A stretch of 64,000 nucleotides of DNA from Candidatus Latescibacterota bacterium (GCA_965204725.1 OZ242005.1:2624001-2688000); one strand, 5' to 3'; positions 36,960-48,112 are shown, counted from the first letter of the stretch. The notes: generated from the letters alone by a model not told the origin. Made by a program: numbers and translations.

Positions 36960-38834
36960 TCAGTCGTCTTGCGGCGGGGATTCGACCTCGCGGGTGGGGA
37001 CGGTGGACATCTCCAGCTTAAAGGCCAGCAGATACATCATAAAACAGCCGATGATCCACCACGCAATCTGCCAGAGCCACAGCGAGGGAACTCCCCAGAG
37101 CCAACGGGCGGGATCGGTCTGATTGCCGAGGACGGCAAAGGGGCCGATGGCACAGAGAAACCAAACCACCGTCAGAATCCAGACCGGCGTTTTCCATTTC
37201 TTTTTGGCCTCGGGCAAGGCCGTGTGCGCTTTGAGGAAGTGGTGGTAGCGATCGCGGTGGGCGAGGTCGCTAGCGTACTTAGGCTGGGTGAAAAAGCTGA
37301 CGACAACGACGATGCTCAGATTAAAGAAAATTCCCCAACCGGCACTGTGGAGCGTGAGCGGATAGCGGCCAATGCCGATCAGCCCGCCCAACTCGGTTAT
37401 ATAAGTGAAGGTAACGGCGACGAGCCCGGCGATCAGTCCGGCGACGATGCCCTGGGGCGTGAAGAAGCGAATGTAGCAGATGCCCAGCAGCGCCGGCCAC
37501 ATCTGAAATCCATAGGAAACGGCTGCGCCCCCCAGCAAGACGAGCAGATCGCCGGACGCCAAGCCAACGAACAGGGCTAAGCTGACGACGACGGCCACGC
37601 TCAAGCGGCCGACGAAGACTTGGGCCGAATGCGATGCCTCTTTATTGAAGAAATGGCGGTAGAGATCGCGGGTGATAATGCCGCTGGCTGTGGACATATA
37701 GGCGGCGCCGGTCGATTGCATCGCGGCGACCGCACAGACGGCCAAAAGCCCCAAGAGGAAAGGAAAGCTATCGGCCAAGGTGTCGATCAGATAGGGAACC
37801 AAGTGGTCGGACGCTGGCAAGCCGAGGGGTTTCGTCCCGCGGACCAGTTCCATATCGAGGAGCCGGGCGCCCAGCCCCTGAAAGGCGGTAAAAAAGAACA
37901 TGATGCCGCCGATGACTAAGGAAGAGGCGACGACCTGTTGCCACGGGAAAGGCCGAGGATCGCGGTTGGCAAAGGCCCACATGGAGAACGCCGGTGACGA
38001 CTGAATGCCCATCAAGGCGAACATATAGGTCAGGATCATCAGGCCGGTCCAAGGCCCGCCTTGGGCGTCGAAAAACAGAGTGCCAACCCGCTCGAGGAAG
38101 GAGCTCGACTCTGGCCGAGTCGGAATGGCGACCATATCGGGTTTTTGCTCGGCGAGGGCGGCCAACCCCCCCTTGAAGGCCGTCCAGCCGCCGATCAAGT
38201 CGAGGGCGACAAACCCGAGGACGACGATGCCGAGCGCCAAGAGGATGCACTGGGCGCAGTCAACGTAGGCGACCGAGCGCAACCCACCGGAGGCCACGTA
38301 GATAAAGACGACCACCGAAAGCACAATCGCCCCCCCCTCGACCGAGCCGATGAAGCTGCCCTCCAGCGGCGTGCCGGTCGTCAAGCGGTTGAAAAGCAGG
38401 CCGGATGCCTTGAGCTGGAGGCCGAGATAGGGCACGCTGAATACGAACGCGACGAGGACGGTGAGGAAGCGCATCGCATCGGTGCGGTAGTAATCGCTGA
38501 ACATCTCGCCCGGGGTGATATAGCCAAAGCGGCGGCCCAAAAGCCACTGGCGCTTGAGGAACAACACCCCGGTGAAGGGGATGGTAATGGCGTAAAAAGA
38601 GGCAAAGGCGTAGGGCAGGCCCACGTTGTAGATGGTGCCGGGGTGGCCGACAAAAGTCCAGCCGCTAAAGGAGGTGGCGGTGGCGGCCAGCACAAAGACC
38701 CACAGGCCGATACCGCGGCCGGCAATAAAGTAATCCGCGGCCGTCTTGGCCCGGCGAGCGCCTTTGATCCCCCAGAAGACGCAGTACGACCAATAGCCGA
38801 CGGTAAAGACCAGTAGCCAGACCAGCTTTTCCAT
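36960..38834 (-). CDS. Sodium:solute symporter (SSS) family transporter
   Basis: DYFIAGR, ATSFSGWTFVGHPG, YITPGE, GGLRSVAYVD, AAMQST; many TM helices. Confidence 0.92.
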   Translation of the reverse strand: MEKLVWLLVFTVGYWSYCVFWGIKGARRAKTAADYFIAGRGIGLWVFVLAATATSFSGWTFVGHPGTIYNVGLPYAFASFYAITIPFTGVLFLKRQWLLGRRFGYITPGEMFSDYYRTDAMRFLTVLVAFVFSVPYLGLQLKASGLLFNRLTTGTPLEGSFIGSVEGGAIVLSVVVFIYVASGGLRSVAYVDCAQCILLALGIVVLGFVALDLIGGWTAFKGGLAALAEQKPDMVAIPTRPESSSFLERVGTLFFDAQGGPWTGLMILTYMFALMGIQSSPAFSMWAFANRDPRPFPWQQVVASSLVIGGIMFFFTAFQGLGARLLDMELVRGTKPLGLPASDHLVPYLIDTLADSFPFLLGLLAVCAVAAMQSTGAAYMSTASGIITRDLYRHFFNKEASHSAQVFVGRLSVAVVVSLALFVGLASGDLLVLLGGAAVSYGFQMWPALLGICYIRFFTPQGIVAGLIAGLVAVTFTYITELGGLIGIGRYPLTLHSAGWGIFFNLSIVVVVSFFTQPKYASDLAHRDRYHHFLKAHTALPEAKKKWKTPVWILTVVWFLCAIGPFAVLGNQTDPARWLWGVPSLWLWQIAWWIIGCFMMYLLAFKLEMSTVPTREVESPPQDD

Positions 38835-38850
38835 GTGACCGCGCTTGGGG

Positions 38851-39759
38851 CTAGTCGGAAAGCCCCACGTCGAAGAGCATGTTGGTAATTTTCCACGAGC
38901 CGGAGCGGCGGCTCAGCGTCCAGAACACGTAGCGTTCTTTGGCGTGTTTGGCCGGGCCTTTGACGTGCTCGACGGCCACTTTTTCGTGCGTGACCGCCAA
39001 GGCTTCGTCGCCGGCCGGGCCAATCGCCGTGTGGAGCACTTTGCGGTCGAGGTCGTACTGCACGTAGGGCAGCCGCTTGTCGAGCCACTTTTCTAGCTCC
39101 TCGCTGCCGCTGAAGGCGATTTTGTAGGAGGCCGGCTTAAACGTGCCCAAGGCGTCGTAGCCCGTGAAGTTTGCGTCGAAGAAGCCGAGGATGCCGCTGC
39201 CGGCGGCCCACGCTTGGCTTTCGCGCTGCAACAACTCGGCGATTTCGCCGTTGGCCGGTGCGCCCGCTGCCGGCAAGAGCGTGTCGCCCAAACCCGCGAC
39301 CATGGCCGTGGCCAGCCAGTCGTCCTCTTCCTTGAGAAAGGTCCAAAAGCGGTGGACGGCAACCGGCGTGGCCTCGCTCGTCTGGCGATCGACGACGCGC
39401 CCGGAGTCCAAGCTGGTGGCAATGGCGTGGGTGGCGCGCACCGCGATAAAGGGAACCGAGCGCACCACCTCGTAGCGCTGAGTGCTGAGATCGGCCGCGA
39501 GTTGGCTGGCGAACGCATCGCGGTTTTCGTGCCGCACAGTCCAAGCGCGCGGGTCGGCGTTGGCGTGGCCCTGATAGGCTACGAAGTGCGGGTGGTATGC
39601 CTTGAGAGCCAGCTCGACATCGGCCCGGCGATACCCGGCGATGTCGTTGGCGAGGGCTTGGCGAATGAGGAGGGTCTCGGGCGTTTCGCCGGCGCGGCTG
39701 GGCGCGGCAAACGGCGGCAGGACCAAGAGGACGAACAACAGGCAGATTGCGTTTTGCAT
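38851..39759 (-). CDS. Secreted protein with two NTF2/SnoaL-like domains
   Basis: Signal peptide MQNAICLLFVLLVLPPFAA; two halves ending in WTFLKEEDDWLA and WTLSRRSGSWKIT. Confidence 0.65.
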   Translation of the reverse strand: MQNAICLLFVLLVLPPFAAPSRAGETPETLLIRQALANDIAGYRRADVELALKAYHPHFVAYQGHANADPRAWTVRHENRDAFASQLAADLSTQRYEVVRSVPFIAVRATHAIATSLDSGRVVDRQTSEATPVAVHRFWTFLKEEDDWLATAMVAGLGDTLLPAAGAPANGEIAELLQRESQAWAAGSGILGFFDANFTGYDALGTFKPASYKIAFSGSEELEKWLDKRLPYVQYDLDRKVLHTAIGPAGDEALAVTHEKVAVEHVKGPAKHAKERYVFWTLSRRSGSWKITNMLFDVGLSD

Positions 39760-39782
39760 GGCGGGAGAAAGGGGGGTTAGGG

Positions 39783-40997
39783 TCAACTCGACCCGAGCTG
39801 ACCTAAGGCCCACTCGGCGTAGTAGGAAACCGTGGAGTCGCTATCGCGGCGCAGTTTTTCGAGTTGGGCGCGGCTTTGGTCGCCGCCGATGTGGCCGAGG
39901 GCAATGGCGGCATTGGCCCGCACGTCGGCGACCTCGTCCATGGTGGCCGCCAGCAGGGCAGTGAAGGCGGATTGGACGCGCGCTTGGCCCAAGACTTGGG
40001 CTGCGCCCGCACGGGCGAGCGAATCCTCGGCGCGGAGGGCGGCTATGAGCTGGGATTCGACCGCGCCGGATTGCCGCTGGACATCGGTGAGAAACTTGAC
40101 AGCATTGGCGCGGAGGATGGCGTCGGTATTGCGCAGGGCCTCAAAGAGAAACTCAATGCCCTGACTGCGCCCCATGGTCGCCAAGGCGGCGGCCGTGCTA
40201 AAGCGCACTTGATTGCTGGGGTCGGCCAGCAGGTCGGCCAAGGCGGGCGAGGTGCTCTCGTCGCCGATGTAGCCGAGGGCTTGCGCGGCGCGCTGGCGGT
40301 GGGCCGGGGCTTCGTCCTCTAGCTGGGCGACGAGTTGGTCCTTGACCTTGGCGATCACCGAGCGCAGCGCGGCTTGATGCGGGCCGGGGCGATCTCTCAG
40401 TTCCACGAGCAGCGGGACGCCGAAGTAGCCAGACTCTTCTAGCCCTTGCAGGGCCGTTTGGGTTCGCTCGGAGTCGCTGCTGGCGAGGGCCGCTTCGATC
40501 TCGCTCGTGCCGCGATCGTCGTCCATCTTGAGCAAGGCAATGGCCGCGTGGATGCGGATGATGGGATCGGAATCCCCGAGCTGGGCTTTGGCCGCATCCA
40601 CGCCCGCTTGGACGTAGCCGGCTTGACCCATGGCCCACAGGCAGGCGATGCGCTCGCGGTCTGTGTACGCGGTTGTGATCCGATCCTTGAGGGCGGCCGT
40701 AGCCCCGCGCGGCTTAATGCGGCCCAGCACTCGGGCGCAACCGATGCGGAGTTTTTCTTGTTCGTCGCGGAACTCGCGGTAGTTCTCCCCGAGGTACAGA
40801 TCGGGGTTGAGGCGGGCGATGAGCTGGCGAGCGGCGGGCCGACCAATGGCGGCCAATTCGTCGATGGATTGCTGATAGGCCGGCGAATCCACTGGGTTCG
40901 CGGCCATCTGCTCTAGGAGCTCAACGACCTGCTCTTCGGTGGTGCTACAGGCCGTGAGGCCCACGAGCAGCAGACAGGGTAGGTGCTTGGCGATCAT
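39783..40997 (-). CDS. HEAT-repeat lipoprotein
   Basis: Lipobox LLVGLTAC; repeated R-x-x-AA-x-ALG-x-IG motifs. Confidence 0.85.
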   Translation of the reverse strand: MIAKHLPCLLLVGLTACSTTEEQVVELLEQMAANPVDSPAYQQSIDELAAIGRPAARQLIARLNPDLYLGENYREFRDEQEKLRIGCARVLGRIKPRGATAALKDRITTAYTDRERIACLWAMGQAGYVQAGVDAAKAQLGDSDPIIRIHAAIALLKMDDDRGTSEIEAALASSDSERTQTALQGLEESGYFGVPLLVELRDRPGPHQAALRSVIAKVKDQLVAQLEDEAPAHRQRAAQALGYIGDESTSPALADLLADPSNQVRFSTAAALATMGRSQGIEFLFEALRNTDAILRANAVKFLTDVQRQSGAVESQLIAALRAEDSLARAGAAQVLGQARVQSAFTALLAATMDEVADVRANAAIALGHIGGDQSRAQLEKLRRDSDSTVSYYAEWALGQLGSS

Positions 40998-41058
40998 GGT
41001 CTATGGCGGGGTTAGAGGTGGGCAAGTGCGGATAAGGTACGCGGTGAGAGGCCATAAA

Positions 41059-43296
41059 TCAATGATCAGAGGCTGCATCTGGCCGCCCTTCCGCCACGAC
41101 AGATACCTGCGACGTCGTCCACGTCACCGCACGGTTGGCCAAGGTCTGCTCAAAGAGTTTGCGCACCTGCCGCAGCTCGTCTTCGTCGAGATGCTGGGTC
41201 AGATGGTGGGCGTAGGTGTGCCGCTTCTCGCCGCCGGGATTGAACCAATGCGCGAGATGGCGCGGCTCAATGTGCCGCTGCGACTGGACCGCTTCCACCG
41301 ACACCTGCACCGAGCCAAAGCCCGCCGCGGCGAATATCTGTTTGAGATCCGCGGCATCCCAGTTGACGCGCGGGTTGTCGGGCGCGGCGTAGATGGCCTC
41401 TTCGGCCTCGACGAGACGCTCGCCGAGCGCGCCGAGTTGCTGCAAGTCGAGCAACTGGTACAAACGTTGCGACCGGCGAGAGAGGACCTCGACCAAGCTG
41501 ACGCGGCCCTGCGGGGCGAGGTAGCGATAGAGGGCTGCGATTACTTCGGCTTTGTGCGCGAGCGCGCCGAGGGCATGGCGTCCTACGACCGCGTCAAAAC
41601 GGACGTCCGGGTCGCGGGCGGCAATCTGGTCGGCGAGGGTGACGAGCGGGCCTTGCAGCACTTGGGGGCGCTCGATCTCGGCTAGGTGGGCGGCGGTCTC
41701 GTGCAGGGCTACGGCCGCGATCTTGTCGCTGACGTGCGCCCAGACGCCGCCTTCGGGCACGCGCCGCAGGGCTTCCCAAGTGAGCAGGCCCGTGCCAGCC
41801 TCCAAGTCGAGGACGAGGTGATGGCGCGCCAGCGCGAGCGGAGCGAAGAGGCGTTGGCGCACGCGCTCTAATTGGGGGGCCACATCGCCGCTGACGCGCT
41901 TGAGCCATTGATCGCGCACTTGGTCGGGCGGCGACAGGGACAGCACTTCGGCCGCGGCGGATTCCCCTTCGCGCATGGCGGCGAGCTGGAGCTCGCGGCG
42001 TTGGCGGACCCGGTCGCCCGCTTCTTTTTCTCGGCCTTGGTCCGAAGGCTGGTAGAAGATGCGGCCCTGCAAACCGGCGGGCAGGTACTGCTGGGCCACC
42101 CAGTGCTCGCGGTAAGCGTGGGGGTAGAGATAGCCGGCGCCGTGGCCAAAGCCCTCGCTGTCGCGGCTAGCGTCTTTGAGGTGAGTGGGCACCTCGCCTT
42201 CGCGTTCTTTTTCCACGACCGCCAGCGCGTCGAAGAAGGCCATAGTCGAGTTGCTCTTGGGCGCGGTGGCCAAGTACAAGGCGGCGTGGGCCAGTGGAAA
42301 ACGCCCCTCGGGCAGCCCAATGCGGTCGAAGGATTCAGCCGCGGCGATGACGACCTGTAAGGCGCGCTCGTCGGCGAGGCCAACGTCTTCGCTGGCGAAA
42401 ATGAGCATGCGGCGAAAGAGAAAGCGCGGGTCTTCGCCGGCGTATATCATCCGCGCCAGCCAGTAGAGAGTGGCGTCTGGATCGGAGCCGCGCATGGATT
42501 TGATAAAGGCACTGATGGCGTCGAAGTGGTAGTCGCCCTCCTTGTCGTAGAGCAGGGCGCGCCGCTGGATGGACTCCTCGGCCACCGCTAGGGTGACGAC
42601 GATCCGCCCTTGGGTGTCTCGCTCGGTGGTCTCGACCGCCAACTCCAAGGCGTTGAGCAGGGCGCGGGCGTCGCCGTTGGCCACGTCGATTAGGTGCGCG
42701 AGGGCGTCGGGGTGCAGGACGACGCGGAGGTGACCGTAGCCGCGGGCGTCGGCAAGCGCCTGTTGGGCAATGTGCGCGAGGGCTTGGGCACTAAGGCCCT
42801 CAAGCTGAAAAACCCGGCTCCGCGAGAGCAGGGGGCGGTTGACCGAGAAGTATGGATTCTCAGTGGTCGCGCCGATGAGAATGATGGTGCCGTTTTCGAC
42901 CCAAGGCAGGAGCGCGTCTTGCTGGGCCTTGTTGAAGCGGTGGACCTCGTCGATGAAGAGGATGGTTTTGCGGCTGTGCAACTTGCACAACTGGCCGGCC
43001 TCATCGACGGCTTGACGAATGTCGGCGACCCCGGCCAAGACGGCGTTGATAGAAATAAAATGGGCGCGGGTGGTGTGGGCGATGACGGCCGCGAGCGTGG
43101 TTTTGCCCGTGCCGGGCGGGCCGTAGAAAATCAGGGAGGAGAGTTGGTCGGCCTCAATGGCGCGCCGCAGCAGGCGGCCCGGCCCGAGAATGTGGTCTTG
43201 GCCGACGTATTCGTCTAAGGTGTGCGGTCGCAGGCGAGCGGCTAGGGGCTGGTCCGCCGCTTGGCGATCTTTAAGTCCGGCGTCGAACAGATCCAT
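41059..43296 (-). CDS. rarA: RarA/MgsA AAA+ ATPase with C-terminal SAM-methyltransferase-like domain
   Basis: [49 protein letters not shown]; C-terminal VLDLEAGTG. Confidence 0.9.
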   Translation of the reverse strand: MDLFDAGLKDRQAADQPLAARLRPHTLDEYVGQDHILGPGRLLRRAIEADQLSSLIFYGPPGTGKTTLAAVIAHTTRAHFISINAVLAGVADIRQAVDEAGQLCKLHSRKTILFIDEVHRFNKAQQDALLPWVENGTIILIGATTENPYFSVNRPLLSRSRVFQLEGLSAQALAHIAQQALADARGYGHLRVVLHPDALAHLIDVANGDARALLNALELAVETTERDTQGRIVVTLAVAEESIQRRALLYDKEGDYHFDAISAFIKSMRGSDPDATLYWLARMIYAGEDPRFLFRRMLIFASEDVGLADERALQVVIAAAESFDRIGLPEGRFPLAHAALYLATAPKSNSTMAFFDALAVVEKEREGEVPTHLKDASRDSEGFGHGAGYLYPHAYREHWVAQQYLPAGLQGRIFYQPSDQGREKEAGDRVRQRRELQLAAMREGESAAAEVLSLSPPDQVRDQWLKRVSGDVAPQLERVRQRLFAPLALARHHLVLDLEAGTGLLTWEALRRVPEGGVWAHVSDKIAAVALHETAAHLAEIERPQVLQGPLVTLADQIAARDPDVRFDAVVGRHALGALAHKAEVIAALYRYLAPQGRVSLVEVLSRRSQRLYQLLDLQQLGALGERLVEAEEAIYAAPDNPRVNWDAADLKQIFAAAGFGSVQVSVEAVQSQRHIEPRHLAHWFNPGGEKRHTYAHHLTQHLDEDELRQVRKLFEQTLANRAVTWTTSQVSVVAEGRPDAASDH

Positions 43297-43425
43297 GCTT
43301 TTACCTCCGGGGAGCTGCTAAAAACATAACGACTTAGTTGAACCGCGCGAACCCCTCCGCTCGTAGCGGCTAGGCCGTCTCTTCTTTATGTTTTCTAAGA
43401 ACACAGTTTTACGCTGGAGAGGCGC

Positions 43426-44547
43426 ATGAAAATTACTCATTTAGAACTCCATTCGGTCGCGGCGTCGCCCCGCGGCAACTGGATCTTCGTCCAAGTTCAC
43501 ACCGACGCCGGGTTGAGCGGGCTGGGCGAAGCCAGTCAGAGCGGCAACGACAGCTTGGTCGCGGCCGCGCTGGAGCAGTTGGGGCCGAGATTGGCGGGCG
43601 CGGACCCGACCCAAGTAGAGGCGTTGTGGGAACGGATGGCGCAGGGGGCCGCGATTTTCTCGGGCGACGCCGGCCGCGTGGGGGCTACGGCGCGGAGCGC
43701 GATCGACCAAGCACTGTGGGATTTGGCCGGCAAGGCTTTGGGGGTGCCGGCTTGGCGTCTGTTGGGCGGCAAGCAGCGCGATTCCGTGCGATTGTACGCC
43801 AACCTCAATCGCGGCACCCGCGACCGCAGCCCACAGGGGTTTGCCGATGCGGCCCGCCGAGCGGTTGATGCCGGCTTCAGCGCGGTCAAGAGCACGCCCT
43901 TTGACGAAGTGCATTGGCGGCGGATGGACCGCGCTGGCGTCGAGCGCGACGCAGACCAAGGAATCGCACGGCTCGCGGCCACGCGGGAGGCCATTGGCGA
44001 CGAAATCGAGCTGTTGGTGGATTGCCATCAGCGCTTTGACTTGGCCTTGGCCTTTAAGGTGGCCGAAAAGGTGCGGCCGCTCGATCTGTACTGGTTTGAG
44101 GAGCCAGTGCCGCGCGATCAAGTCGATGCCCTGCGCCAGTTGCGGTTGCATTCGGGCCATACCATTGCCGGGGGCGAGTCCCTCGTCGGTCGTGCGGGCT
44201 TTTGGCCCTACATCGCCCAAGGAGCCGTAGATGTGCTGATGCCGGATGTCAAACACGCCGGGGGCATTACCGAATGCCGCCGCATTGCCGCGCTGGCCGA
44301 AGTAGTGCAGATGCCGATCTCGCCCCACAGCCCGGCCGGTCCGGTATCGACGATGGCCGGCGTTCATCTAGCGGCGACGATTGCCAACTTCACGGTGCTC
44401 GAATACGCTTTTGGCGAGGTGGATTGGCGCGGCGAATTGGTGCGCCCGGCCGAAACCATACTAGACGGCCACATCCGGGTGCCGGACGCGCCCGGCTTGG
44501 GGATTGAACTTGACGACGCGGTGCTCATGGCGCACCGGGTGCCATAA
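43426..44547 (+). CDS. Mandelate racemase/enolase-superfamily acid-sugar dehydratase (DgoD-like)
   Basis: SAIDQALWDLAGK, VDCH, WFEEP, AGGE, PDVKHAGG, SPH, PGLGIE. Confidence 0.88.
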   Translation: MKITHLELHSVAASPRGNWIFVQVHTDAGLSGLGEASQSGNDSLVAAALEQLGPRLAGADPTQVEALWERMAQGAAIFSGDAGRVGATARSAIDQALWDLAGKALGVPAWRLLGGKQRDSVRLYANLNRGTRDRSPQGFADAARRAVDAGFSAVKSTPFDEVHWRRMDRAGVERDADQGIARLAATREAIGDEIELLVDCHQRFDLALAFKVAEKVRPLDLYWFEEPVPRDQVDALRQLRLHSGHTIAGGESLVGRAGFWPYIAQGAVDVLMPDVKHAGGITECRRIAALAEVVQMPISPHSPAGPVSTMAGVHLAATIANFTVLEYAFGEVDWRGELVRPAETILDGHIRVPDAPGLGIELDDAVLMAHRVP

Positions 44548-45153
44548 ATGTTCTGTCAACTCGACGACGCGATCGCGGACTTCCGCGCCGGAAAATTCTT
44601 GGTCTTAGTCGATGCACACGACCGCGAAGACGAAGGCGATCTAATCGTGGCCGCCGAATACGTCTCAGGTGCTGCGATCAATCAAATGCTCATTGAGGCG
44701 CGCGGCATGCTACACCTAGCCACGACCGAGGCCCATCTGGCGCGGCTCGGCGTCGGCCTGATTGAGCCACACAATGCCGACTGGACGACGCCGCGCTTTG
44801 GGCTGCCGTTTGACGCGCTAGAGGGGATCGAAACCGGCGTCTCAGCGGCCGATCGCGCCACGTCCATTCAGCGGTCCCTCGCCCCAGACACCGGCCCGGC
44901 CGACATCGTCATTCCCGGGCACGTATTTCCCTTGGCAGCCCGCCCAGAGGGCTTGCTCCGCCGCCAAGGGCACACCGAAGGAGCCGTGGAGTTGGCCCGC
45001 CAAGCGGGGCTTTTTCCGGCCGCGGTGATGTCCGAGGTAATGGCCCCCGACGGCACCATGGCCAAGGGCCAGCAGCTCGTGGATTTTGCCGCCCGCCTCG
45101 GCTGCCGCTTAATCGACATAGAGCAGCTCCACCAAGCAGTGCTGGGCGGCTGA
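44548..45153 (+). CDS. ribB: 3,4-dihydroxy-2-butanone-4-phosphate synthase (RibB)-like protein, divergent
   Basis: REDEGDL, TGVSAADRA, PGHVFPL, GHTEGAVEL, DGTMA. Confidence 0.8.
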   Translation: MFCQLDDAIADFRAGKFLVLVDAHDREDEGDLIVAAEYVSGAAINQMLIEARGMLHLATTEAHLARLGVGLIEPHNADWTTPRFGLPFDALEGIETGVSAADRATSIQRSLAPDTGPADIVIPGHVFPLAARPEGLLRRQGHTEGAVELARQAGLFPAAVMSEVMAPDGTMAKGQQLVDFAARLGCRLIDIEQLHQAVLGG

Positions 45154-45165
45154 CTTCCGAGGTTC

Positions 45166-47283
45166 ATGTACCTTCTCCTCCTGCTTCTCCCCTTCGTCCT
45201 CTGCGGGCGGCTCAACGCGAGCGATCACCCGGTGCGGGCCAGTCTTTTGGCCGACGTAGAGGCCGTGACGCCCGGCCAGCCCTTTCGGCTGGGGGTCGAG
45301 CTGAGGATGGCGGCGGGCTGGCACACCTATTGGCTTTTTAGCGGCGACGCCGGCTTGCCCACCGCAGTCGAGTGGCAGGTCCCTCCGGGGGTTGTCTCTA
45401 GGCCACTGCAATGGCCCTTGCCGAGCAAATTCGAGGAAGAAGGGGGGCTGGTGGTCTATGGGTATGCCGATGAAGTCCTGCTCATGGCCCGGGCTACCGC
45501 GCCCAGCGCGCTGGCTGTGGGGGATACGCTGCGCTTGGCGGCCGAGGTCTCTTGGCTGGTATGCCGCGAGTTGTGCATCCCCGGGGAGGCGTCGGTGGCG
45601 TTGGCCCTGCCGGTAGCTGCGGCGAGCGAGCCGAATGCCCAGCAGCCGCAGTTTGATCGCTATGCGGCGCAGGTGCCGGGCGAGGGGGTCGGGCGCGTTG
45701 CGGTCGATATTGGCGTCCGGGGCGAGGGGGTTATGGAGGTGGATGTGCGCCTCGCGGCCGAGGGCCAGTCTTTTGAGCAGGGCGAGCAGGCACCCGACTT
45801 CTATCCGCTCGCGGCCGACGACTTTGCGCTCTCCACCCGGCGTCTAGCGGCCGATCACCTAGTGCTTTCGGTCGAACCTTATGGCGACGCCAAAGTTGAT
45901 ACGCTGCGCGGCGTGCTCGTCTATGGGCTAGATGGCGCGGTTCAAGCTGGGGTGTTGACGCTCGATTTGCGCGCGGCACCGCGCCGAGGCGGGGGGATTT
46001 TGCAGAGGGATTACCGTGCGGCGAGCGGACAGATCGAGCGGCCGCTGTGGTTTTATATCGCCTTTGCGGCGTTGGGGGGGTTGATCCTCAACCTGATGCC
46101 CTGCGTGTTGCCGGTCATCTCGCTTAAGGTGCTCGGGTTTGTCAATCAAGCCGGGGAGGAGACCCAGCGGGTGCGGCAACTCGGATGGGCGTTTTGCGCC
46201 GGTATTGTGGCCACCTTTTTGGCGCTGGCCCTAGCGGTGCTCTTGCTCAAAAGCAGCGGCGAGCAGATCGGTTGGGGCTTTCAGTTCCAGTACCCGGGTT
46301 TTGTAGTGGCGATGAGTGCCTTGGTCTTTGCGTTGGCCCTAAGCCTTTTCGGCGTCTATGAAATCCTGCTTCCGGGAACCAGTAGCTTGGGGGGATTAGG
46401 GGGGCACGAGGGGCTGACGGGATCCTTTCTCAACGGCGTGTTGGCGACGATTCTGGCCACGCCCTGCACCGCGCCCTTTTTGGGAACCGCGCTTGGCTTT
46501 GCCTTCGCCCAACCCGTCGCGGTCGTCGTCGCGGTCTTTTTGGCGATTGGCGTGGGTATGGCACTGCCCTATGGGGTGCTGGCGCTTGAACCGGCTTGGA
46601 TCGGGCACTTGCCCAAGCCCGGCCCTTGGCTGGTGCGGTTCAAGCAGCTCATGGGCTTTTTGCTGATGGCCACGGTGCTGTGGTTGCTCTGGGTCTTAGG
46701 CAAGCAGACCGGGGTCGAAGGCGTGGTGTGGACCGGGGCCTTTTTGCTGGCGCTGGGGTTGGCCTGCTGGGTTTGGGGTCAGTGGGGCAGCTTCCAGCAT
46801 CCCAATCGCTCGAAAAGGGTGGCCCGCGTGGCGGCGCTGGGGCTGGTTGTGAGCAGCTATGCGATCTTTGTCCATCCGTTGCTAACGGCCAATCCCGCTC
46901 AGACCACCGCGCCCGCCCTAGACTGGCAGCCGTTTAGCGCGGCCCGCGTTGAGGAGTTGGTCACCGGCGGGCAGATGGTCTTTATCGACTTTACGGCCGA
47001 GTGGTGCTGGACGTGCAAAGTCAACGAGCAAGCGGTGCTGGCGCAGCACGTGGTACGCGAGCAGTTCGCCGCGCTCAATGTGGCCTTAGTCCAAGCCGAT
47101 TGGACCAATCGCAACCCCGAGATCACGCAGTTCTTGCGCGCCTTTGGGCGCTCGGGGGTGCCCCTGTACGTGATCTTTCCCGCCGGTCACATCGACCAGC
47201 CGCTGGTGTTGCCCGAGGTTATTACGCCAGCCATGGTCGTCGAAAAACTAGCCGCGGCCGCCGCGCTCGCTCGCAACAACTGA
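45166..47283 (+). CDS. dsbD: DsbD-family thiol:disulfide interchange protein
   Basis: GWHTYW, CRELC, LNLMPCVLPV, ATPCTAP, FTAEWCWTCKVNE. Confidence 0.92.
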   Translation: MYLLLLLLPFVLCGRLNASDHPVRASLLADVEAVTPGQPFRLGVELRMAAGWHTYWLFSGDAGLPTAVEWQVPPGVVSRPLQWPLPSKFEEEGGLVVYGYADEVLLMARATAPSALAVGDTLRLAAEVSWLVCRELCIPGEASVALALPVAAASEPNAQQPQFDRYAAQVPGEGVGRVAVDIGVRGEGVMEVDVRLAAEGQSFEQGEQAPDFYPLAADDFALSTRRLAADHLVLSVEPYGDAKVDTLRGVLVYGLDGAVQAGVLTLDLRAAPRRGGGILQRDYRAASGQIERPLWFYIAFAALGGLILNLMPCVLPVISLKVLGFVNQAGEETQRVRQLGWAFCAGIVATFLALALAVLLLKSSGEQIGWGFQFQYPGFVVAMSALVFALALSLFGVYEILLPGTSSLGGLGGHEGLTGSFLNGVLATILATPCTAPFLGTALGFAFAQPVAVVVAVFLAIGVGMALPYGVLALEPAWIGHLPKPGPWLVRFKQLMGFLLMATVLWLLWVLGKQTGVEGVVWTGAFLLALGLACWVWGQWGSFQHPNRSKRVARVAALGLVVSSYAIFVHPLLTANPAQTTAPALDWQPFSAARVEELVTGGQMVFIDFTAEWCWTCKVNEQAVLAQHVVREQFAALNVALVQADWTNRNPEITQFLRAFGRSGVPLYVIFPAGHIDQPLVLPEVITPAMVVEKLAAAAALARNN

Positions 47284-47290
47284 GGCCGCC

Positions 47291-48112
47291 GTGTTCTCGG
47301 TTGTCATTCCGGTGTACAATCGCCGGGCGTTGGTTGGCCGAGCGATCCGTTCGGTACTGACGCAGCAGGAGGCAGACTTTGAGGTGATCGTGGTAGATGA
47401 CGCCTCCGACGACGGTACGCCCGAGCAGGTGCGCGAGGAATTTGGCAGCGCCGTCAAAATAGTCATCCTCAAAGAAAACAGCGGGGTTGCCGCGGCGCGC
47501 AATCGCGGGATCGCAGCGGCCGCGAGCGAGTGGATCGCCCTGCTCGATTCGGACGACGAGTGGTTGCCCAACAAACTCGCTCGCCAAGCAGCCGCCCTGC
47601 GCGCGAGCGGGCTGTGGGTCTGCCACACCGACGAGATTTGGATCCGCAATGGCGTGCGGGTCAATCCCCACAAACATCACCAGAAATACGGCGGCGACAT
47701 TTTCTTCCGCGCTCTGCCTTTGTGTGTTATGTCGCCATCGTCGATTGCGATTCACCGCCGGGTCTTTGCAGACGTTGGTATGTTTGACGAATGCCTGCCC
47801 GCCTGTGAGGACTACGAGCTGTGGCTGCGGGTTGCCAGTCGCTATGAGGTGGCTTATTTGGCCGAGCAACTCATTCGCAAATACGGCGGCCACGCCGATC
47901 AACTATCGCAGGCTTACTACGCGATGGATCGCTTTCGAGTGTATGCGCTCGACAAGCTGCTGCGCGAGACGCCGCAACTCGCACCCGATCGCGCCGCGGC
48001 CGCACGGGCCATGCTATTGCACAAGGCGCGGATTGTCTGGCGCGGCGCCACCAAGCGCGACAACGCGGAGTTGCAGCGGCAGATGGAGGTCTATGTGGAA
48101 CGCTGGGAGTGA
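47291..48112 (+). CDS. Glycosyltransferase family 2
   Basis: SVVIPVYN, VVDDASDD, ARNRG, LDSDD, EDYELW. Confidence 0.92.
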   Translation: MFSVVIPVYNRRALVGRAIRSVLTQQEADFEVIVVDDASDDGTPEQVREEFGSAVKIVILKENSGVAAARNRGIAAAASEWIALLDSDDEWLPNKLARQAAALRASGLWVCHTDEIWIRNGVRVNPHKHHQKYGGDIFFRALPLCVMSPSSIAIHRRVFADVGMFDECLPACEDYELWLRVASRYEVAYLAEQLIRKYGGHADQLSQAYYAMDRFRVYALDKLLRETPQLAPDRAAAARAMLLHKARIVWRGATKRDNAELQRQMEVYVERWE

